From assembly GCA_018649885.1 (NCBI GenBank), contig JABIHA010000127.1:1-64000 (forward strand): a stretch of 64,000 nucleotides of DNA, read 5' to 3'. Shown piece by piece: positions 10,919 to 21,811 of the stretch. A model generated the notes under the pieces. It was not told the origin of the DNA and searched no databases. It was given only the letters and a program-made list of their open reading frames with translations. The DNA comes from Bacteriovoracaceae bacterium (GTDB lineage Bacteria; Bdellovibrionota; Bacteriovoracia; Bacteriovoracales; Bacteriovoracaceae). Within the stretch, counting starts at the first letter, position 1. Each line of letters opens with the position of its first letter. The position numbers and the translations under genes were made by a program.

Positions 10919-10959
10919 AGTTTTGCCATGGCATGCTTTGGTAGTTTATAACTGGGTTC

Positions 10960-11736
10960 ATGGAAACCTTGAACCTAAAATCATGTAGGCAATTACTGGC
11001 AGATGAACTTTCTGACAGGAAGTCTAAAAATAGCTTCTATTCTCTTAGGGCCTTCGCAAGAGATTTAAAAATTGGGAGCACCTCACTTTCCGATGTTCTT
11101 GGTGGGAAGAGAAATCTTTCTAAGACTAATATTGAAAAAGTAAGTGAAAAACTAATGCTCTCACCTGAGCACAGGAAATTTTTAATAGGTGAGCTCTACA
11201 AAGGTGAACCTTCGAGTATCAGTACTGAGCAAGAAAGAAGAGATTTGCTGGAAGAGGATTCTTTTAAGCTTATTTCAAATTGGTATTATTTGGCGATTTT
11301 AAACTTGGCCAATATAAAAGGTAATAGCTCAAGTCCCGTGTGGATAGGTGAGAGGCTTGGGATTTCAACAATTGAGGCCAGTACTGCTATCGAGCGACTT
11401 TGCAGGCTAGGACTTTTGTCTATCAAAAATGACAAGTTAATAAGAACTGGAAGGCCCATAGTCACCACTCACGATATTCCTTCAGCGGCGATCAGGAAAG
11501 CTCAACATCAGCTGCTTGATATGGCCAAGATTTCGCTTGATAGTGATAGCGTTGAGCGTAGAGAGTTTGAATTTGAAGTGATGGCGATAAATCCCAAAAA
11601 AATAAATAAAGCTAAGAATCTTGTAAACGAGTTTCTAGATAAAATATCTGATTGTTTGGAGAAGGGACCAAGAAGTGAAGTGTACGCACTTGGTTTTCAA
11701 CTTTTTCCGCTTTCTAAAGAGGAGCAAGACCGATGA
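10960..11736 (+). CDS. TIGR02147/DUF4423 family putative DNA-binding protein
   Basis: N.FYSLRAFARDL HTH, W.YLAIL, LGIS..EA..A..RL..LGLL and VY.L..QLFPL motifs. Confidence 0.9.
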   Translation: METLNLKSCRQLLADELSDRKSKNSFYSLRAFARDLKIGSTSLSDVLGGKRNLSKTNIEKVSEKLMLSPEHRKFLIGELYKGEPSSISTEQERRDLLEEDSFKLISNWYYLAILNLANIKGNSSSPVWIGERLGISTIEASTAIERLCRLGLLSIKNDKLIRTGRPIVTTHDIPSAAIRKAQHQLLDMAKISLDSDSVERREFEFEVMAINPKKINKAKNLVNEFLDKISDCLEKGPRSEVYALGFQLFPLSKEEQDR

Positions 11737-12779
11737 GACTACTATTATATGTGCTGGTTGTACTACCAACAATGGCATTTTCAGGTGACAGGATTAGAAA
11801 TGGCGGAGGAATTGCTGAGCAAAATGTATTAACAGCTTATTGGAACTTAGACCAATATATCAAAATATGTACTCAAAACGAAAAAACATGTAAGACCACT
11901 GATAAAGAAAAAGCTCTTCTTGGAAAGATTCGAAAAAATCTAGAACTTGAATACAGTGCTAATAAAAATGAAGAGGGTGAAAAGAAAGAAACCCAAATTA
12001 TTTTTACCACTGCAAAGAAAGAAAAAGACGCTAGCTTTTTTACCATTGGTGGCGAAGTAAAAATTGCTAAAACGGGTGACTACGCAGCTGATCCGATTTA
12101 TTTTAATACTGATCTAATGTATTCCAAAAATGATGAGGGATTAGTAGAGCCAATAAGTATTTCAGACTCTCTAGCAATTTTAGTTCATGAGATGGGACAT
12201 CATCACGATGTTCTTGATCACACTTACCTGTCACTGGTAGGAGCGAAGGTATCGGCGATGCTTCAAAAAAGAATGGAAGAGGCCAGGCTTTTCCCCCATT
12301 CAGATGCTATTAAAGCGGTGGTTATTAATGAGAAAAATACTAAGTCCTTTCCTAGCTTTTTAATTTTTGTACAAGATCAGGTACTGGATATTTCAAAAGA
12401 AATCAAAGATGAGCTCAAGTGTTCAGGAGCGATTCCAAAAGAATTTAGTAGCAAAAGACCTCAAGGGGCCAATGTCTTTAACCTTTCTTGGGATATTAAA
12501 AATGTTAAAAAAATAAAAAAGAAGAAAATTCGTTTCACTCTTAAAGGTAATCTTGCCCTATTTTGCAAAAAAGATGCAGAAATAGATAAATACCAAAAAG
12601 AGCACAACCTTAGAGTTGAGTTTAAAGTTAGACTTGTCACAAAAAAAGACTCTAAGGGGGAGAAAATACGATCATGGGAATTGGTAGAGGACTCAATAGA
12701 TGTCGACCAAGTCTTTGATCCATGGTGGTTTATTATTCGAATCCCCAACTTGGGAAATCTATTTACTGGGCAGCTTTAA
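11733..12779 (+). CDS. Secreted hypothetical protein with HExxH motif
   Basis: Signal peptide, RNGGG, LVHEMGHH; 4-bp overlap with the TIGR02147 gene. Confidence 0.75.
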   Translation: MRLLLYVLVVLPTMAFSGDRIRNGGGIAEQNVLTAYWNLDQYIKICTQNEKTCKTTDKEKALLGKIRKNLELEYSANKNEEGEKKETQIIFTTAKKEKDASFFTIGGEVKIAKTGDYAADPIYFNTDLMYSKNDEGLVEPISISDSLAILVHEMGHHHDVLDHTYLSLVGAKVSAMLQKRMEEARLFPHSDAIKAVVINEKNTKSFPSFLIFVQDQVLDISKEIKDELKCSGAIPKEFSSKRPQGANVFNLSWDIKNVKKIKKKKIRFTLKGNLALFCKKDAEIDKYQKEHNLRVEFKVRLVTKKDSKGEKIRSWELVEDSIDVDQVFDPWWFIIRIPNLGNLFTGQL

Positions 12780-13974
12780 GAGACTTTATCGCCTTGTCGA
12801 TCCCACTGAGTGTGAGTGGGAACATTTCAAAAATATCATCAATTGCCTTAATTGTGGGATGCTCCCAGGAGACAGGGTCTTCAGGGTTTAGCCAAACAGT
12901 TTTTGGGAATTTAGATTTAAATTGTTGCCAGCGATCGATGGAAACTGGTGAAGTATTTGGTTTTTTTAACATCTGCAGTGTACTGTAGTAATGATAAGTC
13001 TCACCATTCATACTAAATAGTTCATAAGGGGCCATACAGGCATCGCCCACAATGACAACTCTCGTTTCCTTATTGTATTCATTGTACAATTTATCGAGTG
13101 TAACAGAATCACTATATCTAAGAGAGCTCCCCTTGTAGAGATGGTCGTAGAGAGTATTGTGAAAGTAGAAACTTTTGAATTTTTTGAAATGGTTAAGTTG
13201 ATGTGCTGCTGAAAAAAGTCTTCCCACTCTGAATGAGTAGGGATCCATTGAGCCACCAACATCCATAAGTAAAAGAACTTTTAGATTATTTTTCTTTTTT
13301 GATTCAAATACTAGATCAATGTCACCACCATTACGGCATGTTCTGGTGATAGTTTTATTTATATCAATTTGGGGTCGTCCAACTTTTTTTAAGTGACGCA
13401 AATTTTTAAGAGCGACTTTAATTTGTCTAACTTCTAAGACCATGTCGTGGCGATATGACTGAAAGTTTCTCTCTCCTGCGACAGCAATGGCAGAACGGCC
13501 CTTACCTGATCCTCCAATCCTAATCCCTTGGGGATTGAAACCACTATTTCCAAAAGGTGAGGTTCCTCCTGTCCCAATCCAGTGATTTCCTCCATCATGC
13601 CTTTCTTTTTGATCTTTTAATCTTTTTTCCAGCTCGCAGATAAGCTCCTCTGGAGGGATATTGAGGGCATCCTTAAGTCTCTGCTCATCCAATTCAAATT
13701 TCTTTGCGCTTTCAAGCCACTCATTAAGTAGAGATTTAAACTTTGAATCATCAGACATAATTTCACCAAATAAACTGGCAAAAACGATGTCGTAAGTATC
13801 AAAATGCTTTAAGTCTTTGACTAGAGTTGACCTGGCCATGTGATAAAAAGAGTCTGCTGAGACAGTTTCATTTGAGTCAGCATAGTGAGAGAGCACGTGT
13901 ATTAAATCCAGTAGCTCTGAGATTGAGACTGGAACTTTCTTTCGCTTAAGTTCTAAAAAGAAAGGTAGAAACAT
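12763..13974 (-). CDS. VWA-domain (CoxE-like) protein
   Basis: WIGTGGTSPFG, DVGGSM MIDAS and VGDA.M.PYE motifs. Confidence 0.9.
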   Translation of the reverse strand: MFLPFFLELKRKKVPVSISELLDLIHVLSHYADSNETVSADSFYHMARSTLVKDLKHFDTYDIVFASLFGEIMSDDSKFKSLLNEWLESAKKFELDEQRLKDALNIPPEELICELEKRLKDQKERHDGGNHWIGTGGTSPFGNSGFNPQGIRIGGSGKGRSAIAVAGERNFQSYRHDMVLEVRQIKVALKNLRHLKKVGRPQIDINKTITRTCRNGGDIDLVFESKKKNNLKVLLLMDVGGSMDPYSFRVGRLFSAAHQLNHFKKFKSFYFHNTLYDHLYKGSSLRYSDSVTLDKLYNEYNKETRVVIVGDACMAPYELFSMNGETYHYYSTLQMLKKPNTSPVSIDRWQQFKSKFPKTVWLNPEDPVSWEHPTIKAIDDIFEMFPLTLSGIDKAIKSLKAAQ

Positions 13975-14766
13975 TTATTTTTTTACCTTTCTTGCATCTT
14001 CTTCCGTTTTGAGAAGTGTTCCTAAAAAGGGAAGACTTGAGATATCGCTGACGCTGGCACCTTGGTGAATAAGAACATTAATCCAGTCAACCAACTCACT
14101 TGTAGATGGGCGTTTTTTCAAATCGATATTTCTAATTTCATAAAATTTACTAAGGCTTGTGTCGAGGAGCTTCTTATCGATTCCTGGGTAGTGGGCCTTG
14201 ATAATAGTCTCCATAAAATCAGAGGTAGGAAATTCTATGTAATGAAAGATGCATCTCCTTAGGAATGCATCCGGTAATTCTTTTTCACTATTTGAGGTAA
14301 TTATCGTGAGAGGTCTACTGCTGGCCTTAATCTTTTTCCCGGTCTCCATAATGACAAATTCCATCTGGTCTAGTTCAGCTAGTAAATCATTGGGAAACTC
14401 AATATCACCTTTATCAATTTCATCAATTAGAAGTACTGCTTTTTCTGAATTTAAAAAAGCTGCCCCCATGGGTTCAAAGCGAATATAGTTTTCAATATTG
14501 TGAACTCTCTCGTTTTTATCTAATTCAGCAAATCTAGAGTCGTTTAGTCGCGAAACGGCATCGTAGAAATAAAGTCCATCCCTAGCAATGGAAGTCGACT
14601 TAACAGACCATTCATAGAGGTCTAATTTTTTCTCTTCGGCGATGTGCTTTGCCAGTAGGGTTTTACCGGTCCCAGGCTCTCCTTTGAGCAGAAGTGGTCT
14701 TCCGGTAATTTCAGCTACTTTAATTGCTTCTCGTAGCGGCTCACTCAGTACGTAGGTAGTGCTCAT
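13975..14766 (-). CDS. MoxR-family AAA+ ATPase
   Basis: GEPGTGKT, LLIDEIDK and ELPDAFLRRC motifs. Confidence 0.93.
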   Translation of the reverse strand: MSTTYVLSEPLREAIKVAEITGRPLLLKGEPGTGKTLLAKHIAEEKKLDLYEWSVKSTSIARDGLYFYDAVSRLNDSRFAELDKNERVHNIENYIRFEPMGAAFLNSEKAVLLIDEIDKGDIEFPNDLLAELDQMEFVIMETGKKIKASSRPLTIITSNSEKELPDAFLRRCIFHYIEFPTSDFMETIIKAHYPGIDKKLLDTSLSKFYEIRNIDLKKRPSTSELVDWINVLIHQGASVSDISSLPFLGTLLKTEEDARKVKK

Positions 14767-14816
14767 TTGGACTCCATCATGCTAAAATTTCTGCTTTCAT
14801 ATTAAAGGAAATATAG

Positions 14817-16526
14817 ATGAAGATAAAGACACTAGTTATTATTCTGATGACCCTTTCATGCTCAAGACTACAAATTGTTGACCCACTAGCGGGGCATAAA
14901 AGACAGGAATACGAAGCATCTTCTGAAAACTATATGATTTCCACTCAAGGTGTTTACTCCTCAAAAGCTGGCAAGAAAATGTTCGAGCTTGGCGGCAATG
15001 CAGTTGATGCAGCTACTGCGATCTCCTTTGTTATTTCTGTGGAAAGGCCTCAGTCTACTGGTTTAGGCGGTGGCGGCTTTATGTTAATCAATATTCCGGG
15101 CTCTGGAGTCAAGGCCATAGACTTTAGAGAAAAAGCCCCACTTAAAGCTTATGAAAAGATGTATCTGGATAAAGATGGCAAAGAGATTCCAAGAATGTCT
15201 CTTGACGGTATCCATGCTGGAGGAGTTCCAGGACTTGTGGCCGGAGTTTTAGAGGCCCATAGCCGATATGGAAAATTACCTATTGAAAAGGTACTGGCCC
15301 CCGCCATTGAATTAGCGGAAAAAGGTTTTGATGTTTACCCTGAACTTGCTTTTGCTCTCAATCATAGAAAAAAAGTTCTCGCTAGGTTTCCTTCCAGCAA
15401 GGCGATATTTCTTCACTCAGATGGGACTCCATTAATAGTGGGTGAAAAGATTTTTCAAAAAGATTTAGCAAAGACTCTAAAGACTATTGTAAAAAAAGGA
15501 AAAAATGGTTTTTACCGAGGATGGGTGGCCAAGGCAATTGTTAAAGAGTCCAAAAAAAGGGGAGGCTTCATACGTTATGGCGATTTAAGAAGGTATAACG
15601 TCAAGTGGAGAGAGCCTGTTGTTGGTAAATATAAAGGACTAGATATTTATTCAATGTCACCTCCTAGCTCAGGTGGTGTGCATGTAGTACAAATCCTTAA
15701 TATTCTGGAAGGCCTTGAGCTAAAGAAGTTTGGTCCCCAAAGTCCTAAGTCTATTCATTACACAGCTTCAGCAATGCAGCTTGCCTTTGCCGATAGAGCA
15801 AAATACTTAGGAGATGCTGACTTTGTAAAAGTACCGGTAAAGGGACTTACCAGTAAGGCCTATGCAAAAGAGTTGAGGGCTCAAATTCAACCAAATACTG
15901 CCAAGAAAATGAAAGCAGTTGACCATGGAAATCCATTTCCTTATGAATCAAGTGAGACTACTCATTTTACAGTTATGGATAGGTACGGTTTTGTTGTGAG
16001 CTCAACTCAGACTATAAATGGCTTGATGGGATCTGGGTTGGTTATACCTGGAACGGGGATAGTCCTTAATAATGAAATGGATGATTTTGCTACTAAAGTA
16101 GGTGCTAAAAATTTATTTGGGGCCGTCGGTGGTGAGAAAAATTTAGTAGAGTCAGAGAAAAGGCCTCTCAGCTCTATGTCTCCGACAATTGTTTTAAATA
16201 AGGGAAAACCAGTGATTGCACTTGGCACCCCTTCTGGCACCAGAATCCTTACATGTGTGGCCCAAGTTCTTTTAAACTATCTCGAACATGAGCTTCCACT
16301 TTATGAATCTGTCGCAGCGACCAGGATTCATCATCAATGGTACCCAGACTCCATAAGGATAGGTCCTCCATATTTTAACGACAAATTGCTAAACAGGTTA
16401 AAAGGTATAGGTTATAAGATAAATAAATCTCCACTTCATTGCAGGATTCAAGCGATTTCGAATGAGGAGGGAAAATTACACGGGGTCTCTGATCCTAGGG
16501 GCGAAGGCTTAAGTATAGGAGGTTAA
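14817..16526 (+). CDS. ggt: Gamma-glutamyltransferase
   Basis: [19 protein letters not shown] nucleophile, [15 protein letters not shown]. Confidence 0.96.
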   Translation: MKIKTLVIILMTLSCSRLQIVDPLAGHKRQEYEASSENYMISTQGVYSSKAGKKMFELGGNAVDAATAISFVISVERPQSTGLGGGGFMLINIPGSGVKAIDFREKAPLKAYEKMYLDKDGKEIPRMSLDGIHAGGVPGLVAGVLEAHSRYGKLPIEKVLAPAIELAEKGFDVYPELAFALNHRKKVLARFPSSKAIFLHSDGTPLIVGEKIFQKDLAKTLKTIVKKGKNGFYRGWVAKAIVKESKKRGGFIRYGDLRRYNVKWREPVVGKYKGLDIYSMSPPSSGGVHVVQILNILEGLELKKFGPQSPKSIHYTASAMQLAFADRAKYLGDADFVKVPVKGLTSKAYAKELRAQIQPNTAKKMKAVDHGNPFPYESSETTHFTVMDRYGFVVSSTQTINGLMGSGLVIPGTGIVLNNEMDDFATKVGAKNLFGAVGGEKNLVESEKRPLSSMSPTIVLNKGKPVIALGTPSGTRILTCVAQVLLNYLEHELPLYESVAATRIHHQWYPDSIRIGPPYFNDKLLNRLKGIGYKINKSPLHCRIQAISNEEGKLHGVSDPRGEGLSIGG

Positions 16527-16527
16527 G

Positions 16528-17010
16528 ATGAGTTTATGTTACTGCGGGTCTAGCAAAGAATTTGAAAAATGTTGTTCTCCTTATATAAGTGGAGCTGAAA
16601 ATGCTCCAACTGCTGAGGCAACTATGCGGGCAAGATATTCTGCATTTGCCAGTGGATCTATTGATTTTGTTGAAAAAACTCATCACCCTAAAAGTGATGA
16701 TGAATTTGACCGCGAAGAAACTGAGAGTTGGGCCAAAAATTCTGACTGGCAAGGTTTAAAAATAATTGAAGTCAACCAAGGCAGTGCTACTGACACCAAA
16801 GGCACAGTTGAGTTTGTTGCATCTTATAGTAATAGTGGAGCAGCACTTGATCATCACGAGCTGGCCACTTTTGAAAAAATTGATGGCATGTGGTTTTTTG
16901 AGGATGGAAAAGTTTTTCATTCCCCACTTAAAAGAAGTGCTCCCAAATTGGGACGAAACGATCCATGTAGCTGTGGTAGCGGAAAGAAATTTAAACGGTG
17001 TTGTGGATAA
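16528..17010 (+). CDS. YchJ-family SEC-C motif protein
   Basis: N- and C-terminal SEC-C motifs, [14 protein letters not shown]. Confidence 0.92.
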   Translation: MSLCYCGSSKEFEKCCSPYISGAENAPTAEATMRARYSAFASGSIDFVEKTHHPKSDDEFDREETESWAKNSDWQGLKIIEVNQGSATDTKGTVEFVASYSNSGAALDHHELATFEKIDGMWFFEDGKVFHSPLKRSAPKLGRNDPCSCGSGKKFKRCCG

Positions 17011-17607
17011 ATGAAATCCTGGATTTTAATATTCTTATTGATATTTTCTTTTTCAACTTCCTCCTGGGCGATGGCCGTGGGAGAGAAGGCCTTTGACTTC
17101 AGTTTGAGCGGTAGTGGGGGCAAGAGCTATTCGCTTTCCCAGTTTCGTGGAAAAATTGTGGTTTTAGAGTGGTTCAATAAGGACTGTCCATTTGTAAAAA
17201 AACACTACACAACAGGAAATATGCAGCTTCTTCAAAAGGTATATAGAGAAAAGGGAGTTGTATGGCTTTCCATTGTTTCTTCAACTAGAGGCAAGCAGGG
17301 ATATTTATCTGAAGAGCAGGCATCAAGTGTTCATGTTGAAAGAGGCATGCACTCTCATGCAATTTTATTAGACAAGACTGGTGATATCGGCAGGGCCTAT
17401 GGCGCGAAAACGACTCCTCATATGTTTATTATTGGTAAGGACGGAAAATTGGCCTACAAAGGGGCCATTGACGACAAACCTTCAACTGATTCAGAAGACA
17501 TTAAAGGATCGAGAAATTTTGTTAAAGAATCCCTTGATCTTTTATTAAGACGAAAAAAACTTTTAATCTCTTCCACTAAGGCCTACGGCTGTTCTGTTAA
17601 ATACTAA
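17011..17607 (+). CDS. Thioredoxin/redoxin-family protein (secreted)
   Basis: LEWFNKDCPFVKKHY, YGAKTTPHMF, GAIDD and YGCSVKY motifs. Confidence 0.9.
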   Translation: MKSWILIFLLIFSFSTSSWAMAVGEKAFDFSLSGSGGKSYSLSQFRGKIVVLEWFNKDCPFVKKHYTTGNMQLLQKVYREKGVVWLSIVSSTRGKQGYLSEEQASSVHVERGMHSHAILLDKTGDIGRAYGAKTTPHMFIIGKDGKLAYKGAIDDKPSTDSEDIKGSRNFVKESLDLLLRRKKLLISSTKAYGCSVKY

Positions 17608-17614
17608 CACTACT

Positions 17615-17804
17615 CCCTTCTCCTTTTTATTGGGCTTGACAGTTGCCCTTGCCCTCCCTAGAAAAATTTCCTATTTCCTATTTCCTATTTCCTATTTCCA
17701 AATGGCCATCAATACAAGATTGTTTTTTTTAATTTGTGATCAAAAGGTATCTTGTCTTGGGAGGGCAAGGGCAACTGCCAACACCCAATAAAAAGATGAA
17801 GGGG
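17615..17804. repeat. Inverted-repeat element with GGGCAAGGGCAA core and internal (TTTCCTA)4 tandem
   Basis: Imperfect ~44-bp arms at 17615-17658 and 17759-17804; heptamer array at 17667-17700. Confidence 0.85.
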
Positions 17805-17840
17805 TGAATGAAAGCCTTATGCAAAATGGTTCTAGGCTTC

Positions 17841-18122
17841 CTACTTATTCTTCTTCTTCTTCTTCTTCTTCTTCTTCTTCTTTTGGAACTTGATAAACTT
17901 AGGATCGATTGAGAAACTCACAATTTGACCGTGATATATTTTGACTTGCTTGGGGAGTAAATCTCTTGGAATACTCATGACTTGGTCAAATTGATCTTTG
18001 ATTTGGACCGTCTTTTTATCAAAGTACTTATAGACAATCCCTGTGACAATCACACTATCCTGGGCCACAGAAGCGTAGCTAAGATTACTTAAAAGGGAAA
18101 TAAATAGTAATACTTTTTTCAC
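17841..18122 (-). CDS. Small secreted hypothetical protein with poly-Lys tail
   Basis: Signal peptide; 11 consecutive AAG codons. Confidence 0.7.
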   Translation of the reverse strand: MKKVLLFISLLSNLSYASVAQDSVIVTGIVYKYFDKKTVQIKDQFDQVMSIPRDLLPKQVKIYHGQIVSFSIDPKFIKFQKKKKKKKKKKKNK

Positions 18123-19258
18123 TATTCACCTATTGCCTGGGATGAGTTCGGGTCAATTTTTACACCTTTTGAGTTGCCTCCCCATTTCACTGGACTAGAG
18201 CGATACCCTCTCTCCCACCAACAGGCTTGGGATCCGCGTATGCAAGCGGCTTTACTGCAAGTGACTGGAGAGTCAGTGTAGAACTCATCATTGATATCTA
18301 AGCGGTGGGCAAGACCCACGCAGACACCTTCACAAGTTGAAGGTTTATTTACTGGTACTAAAAACATTGGTTTTCCATCAGGAGTCCAGCTCTCAGATAC
18401 TTTGTCGGAGATGCCAACTTCAATAGGCCTATAAAAAGAATTGTCTGTGGCACATGCTTTTGCAATTTGAGAAGGGCTCATATCAGGTGTCTCACATACA
18501 GAAAATTTACAAACTGACCTTCTTTGAAACCTCTGTCCAAAATAGTTATTGCAATAAGTAATTCCACTACACAATTTGCCACATTTTTTCGCATCATCTC
18601 TAAAAATTCTTGGAGGGACTTTCCATTTATCACAAGTGCTCAGCTTTGTTTCGCCAAGAGCATCATAGAGAATGTTGAATTGTTCAGTTATGGCACTATT
18701 TTCAAGTTGAATAAATTCTAAAGGATTTTTTAAAATGCCAACGTCTAAGTATTTCTTTATTGTTGGGTCGTCTAATCCATGGCTTATGGCAAGCATGTAA
18801 AGGTCTTTATAGGCAAAGTATATATTTGCTTTATTTTTCTCTACATCATCTTCCAGGTCAGTAAAATCGCCAAATGATATTTCACTATAATTTCCATTTG
18901 AAAAAGAGCTTTCAAAGCTTTCTTTCCCAATAGGACTTTTTCCACCATTTTGATATATCTTAGAATAAACAAGGGAGTCCCAGTGGTCGAAAAAGTAGTT
19001 TGAACTACTTAGCTCTACATATTGTTGGTAATTGTCACGATCAGTTGTTTCAATTTTTGCTATGACCAATTCGTTTTCAACAATTTGTGTGAAATAGTCA
19101 CTGGCCTGTTCTGAACTAGTTGCTAATTCTTCTTTTATACTGACACTGCTAATTGAATAAATCGACCCCTTCGTCTGCGCATAAGACAAAGTCGTAAAAA
19201 ATAGTGAAATAAATAAAGTAGTTAGCATCCAACTTCTAAATAAAATTGTAACCCCCAC
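18122..19258 (-). CDS. Secreted Cys-rich hypothetical protein
   Basis: 378 aa, signal peptide, repeated C.G.C motifs in the C-terminal half. Confidence 0.75.
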   Translation of the reverse strand: MGVTILFRSWMLTTLFISLFFTTLSYAQTKGSIYSISSVSIKEELATSSEQASDYFTQIVENELVIAKIETTDRDNYQQYVELSSSNYFFDHWDSLVYSKIYQNGGKSPIGKESFESSFSNGNYSEISFGDFTDLEDDVEKNKANIYFAYKDLYMLAISHGLDDPTIKKYLDVGILKNPLEFIQLENSAITEQFNILYDALGETKLSTCDKWKVPPRIFRDDAKKCGKLCSGITYCNNYFGQRFQRRSVCKFSVCETPDMSPSQIAKACATDNSFYRPIEVGISDKVSESWTPDGKPMFLVPVNKPSTCEGVCVGLAHRLDINDEFYTDSPVTCSKAACIRGSQACWWERGYRSSPVKWGGNSKGVKIDPNSSQAIGE

Positions 19259-19324
19259 GGTATTCTCGCTAATTACCTATTCGGAATGTGAGGGTTATTC
19301 TTTAGATTCAAGTACTTCTGTCAA

Positions 19325-20638
19325 TCATCTGACTTTTTTTCTCAGCGTCCTTTTCTTATTGTATGAGCTTTTCTTAGCTTTTTTCCTAGAGCACTGAGCT
19401 TTTCTACTCAAAAAAGTGATTTTTGCTGAGATCCTATTATTAGACTCATTTACTTCGGTAAATTTGCCGTCGCTATCCACTAAAATTTGAAAATTTCCTG
19501 TGATTTTTCGTGCACCATTTAGATTAATATCTTTTTCTGCGATAACCACTTTTGACGACCAATTTGCGGTACTAAATGGGGGATAGTTTCTTCTGAATTT
19601 ATCGATGACCAGAATGCCAGTCTCGGTTTTAATTTTCATCACAACTTTTAAACCCGGAGCATCCTTGAAGCTTTTATTAAACCAATTTGCATAGAACTTC
19701 GGAGCAACATTTTTGTGGCATTGTAGAAATTGTGCTGATGCTCTATCAAAGTAAAGCTCTTTTGGAGAGATATCTTTAAGCGGTTTAGTAACAAGTTTTT
19801 TCGTTTCTACACCATTTTTCTTTTTGATACCAAAATATCTAACCGCAGGTGAAGCCTCAAAATCCCAGAATTTTTTCTTTTTCACTCCGTACATTTTATA
19901 CAAAAAGGCGGCGTCAGTTGCCGAAAGAGAAGCAATCTTTCCCTGCATAATAGAAATAAGTGATTTGTCTTCTTTTTTCCAAGAAGGGGTGTGATTCATT
20001 CCGAAGCCGTGACCTATCTCGTGAAGTAGAAGGGCAACCTTTGGAAAGTCTTTACTATTTAAGTTAGTGTCATGTTTTCTGCAATGGGTGTTGAGTGCCA
20101 CTGAGAAAAACCTTGCTTTGGATTTAAAACATGTAACTTCCCAAGGCTTACACATGCCGTAGCCACCATGATCTTTATATTTACAAGAATTTGCAGACCA
20201 GCCATTAATTTTTTTCTCTTTATTATCGCTACATGAAGTTCCTCCGTCCCTGTGACATGGAAAAACTCCAGGGTCATTATTATCAATATAATCTAAGATA
20301 ACGTAGTCTCTGTCCCCTGGGCTTCTGTCATAGACTTCTTTTTTGCTTCTATGAGGAGCTTCCTCAACCGTTATATGAATTGGTGAAAAAGGTAGTGAGT
20401 TATACAGCTTTACAGTTTTATCCACCTCGGCCCTGGCAGCAGTTCCTGCAGGAAAATGGGTTTCTGAAACCTGAAGTGTAAATTTAGGATTCTTTAATTT
20501 ACGACTAAGAATTCGACTAAAGCTCTTTGGCGGATCCAAAATAGTAAGGCTCTTTCCCTCAAGTGTTAGTGAACTCGATACTTGTGGCCATATCGCCAAA
20601 ATGGCAATAATCAGGCACGTTGAATTTAGGTATTTCAT
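19325..20638 (-). CDS. Secreted metzincin-like zinc metalloprotease with CARDB-like C-terminal domain
   Basis: HEIGHGFGMNH, Met-turn SIM, VDSDG...E.NESNN. Confidence 0.8.
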   Translation of the reverse strand: MKYLNSTCLIIAILAIWPQVSSSLTLEGKSLTILDPPKSFSRILSRKLKNPKFTLQVSETHFPAGTAARAEVDKTVKLYNSLPFSPIHITVEEAPHRSKKEVYDRSPGDRDYVILDYIDNNDPGVFPCHRDGGTSCSDNKEKKINGWSANSCKYKDHGGYGMCKPWEVTCFKSKARFFSVALNTHCRKHDTNLNSKDFPKVALLLHEIGHGFGMNHTPSWKKEDKSLISIMQGKIASLSATDAAFLYKMYGVKKKKFWDFEASPAVRYFGIKKKNGVETKKLVTKPLKDISPKELYFDRASAQFLQCHKNVAPKFYANWFNKSFKDAPGLKVVMKIKTETGILVIDKFRRNYPPFSTANWSSKVVIAEKDINLNGARKITGNFQILVDSDGKFTEVNESNNRISAKITFLSRKAQCSRKKAKKSSYNKKRTLRKKVR

Positions 20639-20783
20639 AGTTTTTATCCTCTCCCGAGGAAAAATATATTGCATGTTGTCATGCTCTGGCCAGGGGTTTT
20701 AAAATTATTACAAACCCATAACTTCTTTAAATGATATAATGAAAGGAAATGTTTGATACGTAGCGTTGCTTCTGGGAGGTTTC

Positions 20784-21233
20784 ATGAGTGAGGATAGTAG
20801 TGGGCCTAAGAGGCTTTGGAAAAGAAAGGTTCTTCTTATCAATCCAAGATTTCAGCTCATTTTTTTATTGTATATACTCGTGTGTGCTGTCCTCATCATA
20901 GGGATTTTTTCAATTGGAAACTTACTTTTTTTTAAAGGATTTATGGATACGGGAATGTCCCTAGGCCTTGCAAAAGAGCCATCATTTTTTGAATTTGTAA
21001 GTGCCCAGAGGCAATCAATGAATACATTTTTATTATCACTCTCTCTTATGGTAACTGCCGTAATGGGTATAATAGGACTTTATATTTCACACAGGGTTGC
21101 AGGACCGCTTTATAGACTCAAAATCCATATGGACCAAATATCAGAAGGTGGAGAAAGAACAGGCGTGAAGTTTAGGAAGGGCGATTTTTTTACAGAACTC
21201 GCCAGTTCATTTAATAAAATGATTGAAAAATAA
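20784..21233 (+). CDS. Two-TM HAMP-domain protein
   Basis: SHRVAGPLYRL...FRKGDFF.ELA..FN.M. Confidence 0.85.
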   Translation: MSEDSSGPKRLWKRKVLLINPRFQLIFLLYILVCAVLIIGIFSIGNLLFFKGFMDTGMSLGLAKEPSFFEFVSAQRQSMNTFLLSLSLMVTAVMGIIGLYISHRVAGPLYRLKIHMDQISEGGERTGVKFRKGDFFTELASSFNKMIEK

Positions 21234-21243
21234 AAAGGGGCTT

Positions 21244-21774
21244 TTAAGCCCCCTCTCTTATGGATTTTCCCCTGAACGGGTGTGAAACTACATTTATAAT
21301 TTCCGGCGGAAAGTGCTCAATTACAAAAGACACAATATCTTTAATAGAAACTAGTGAGATAGGCTCGCCACTTTCATTAACTATAGGAATATGTCTAAAT
21401 CCACCTACATGCATATTGTGAAGTACATGCGCGATCATATCCGTTGCTTGAAGTGATACTGGGTCAGCTGTCATAATTTGTGATACAGGAGTCTTGCTCC
21501 AATTATCAATTTTAAGACAAGCTTTCATAAGAATATCTCTTTCAGTCACGATACCTGATAGCTTTCCATTTTTAATTATAATCAGGGATCCAAAGTGGTT
21601 TTCCTGCATTATTTTAATGGCCGCTTCAATAGTTGTGCTCTCTTCTACGGCCTTTACCGCAGGCATTCTAAGTTCTGATATGGGCTCTTTAAATGTTTGC
21701 ATATTGAGTGTTTGAGAATCTTCTTCTTCTCTTTCTTCCATAATTTTTAATTCATCATCGATCAAATCATCCAT
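21244..21774 (-). CDS. CBS-domain protein
   Basis: GIVTERD, IMT.DP, FRHIP motifs. Confidence 0.92.
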   Translation of the reverse strand: MDDLIDDELKIMEEREEEDSQTLNMQTFKEPISELRMPAVKAVEESTTIEAAIKIMQENHFGSLIIIKNGKLSGIVTERDILMKACLKIDNWSKTPVSQIMTADPVSLQATDMIAHVLHNMHVGGFRHIPIVNESGEPISLVSIKDIVSFVIEHFPPEIINVVSHPFRGKSIREGA

Positions 21775-21811
21775 GGCAGTGCTCCTTTAAAATATCAATG
21801 AATTATAGCAT

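Noticed and set aside
17667..17700. Possible CRISPR or iteron array
   Set aside because: Only a 7-bp tandem repeat with no spacers; no cas or rep genes and no CRISPR array seen in the window
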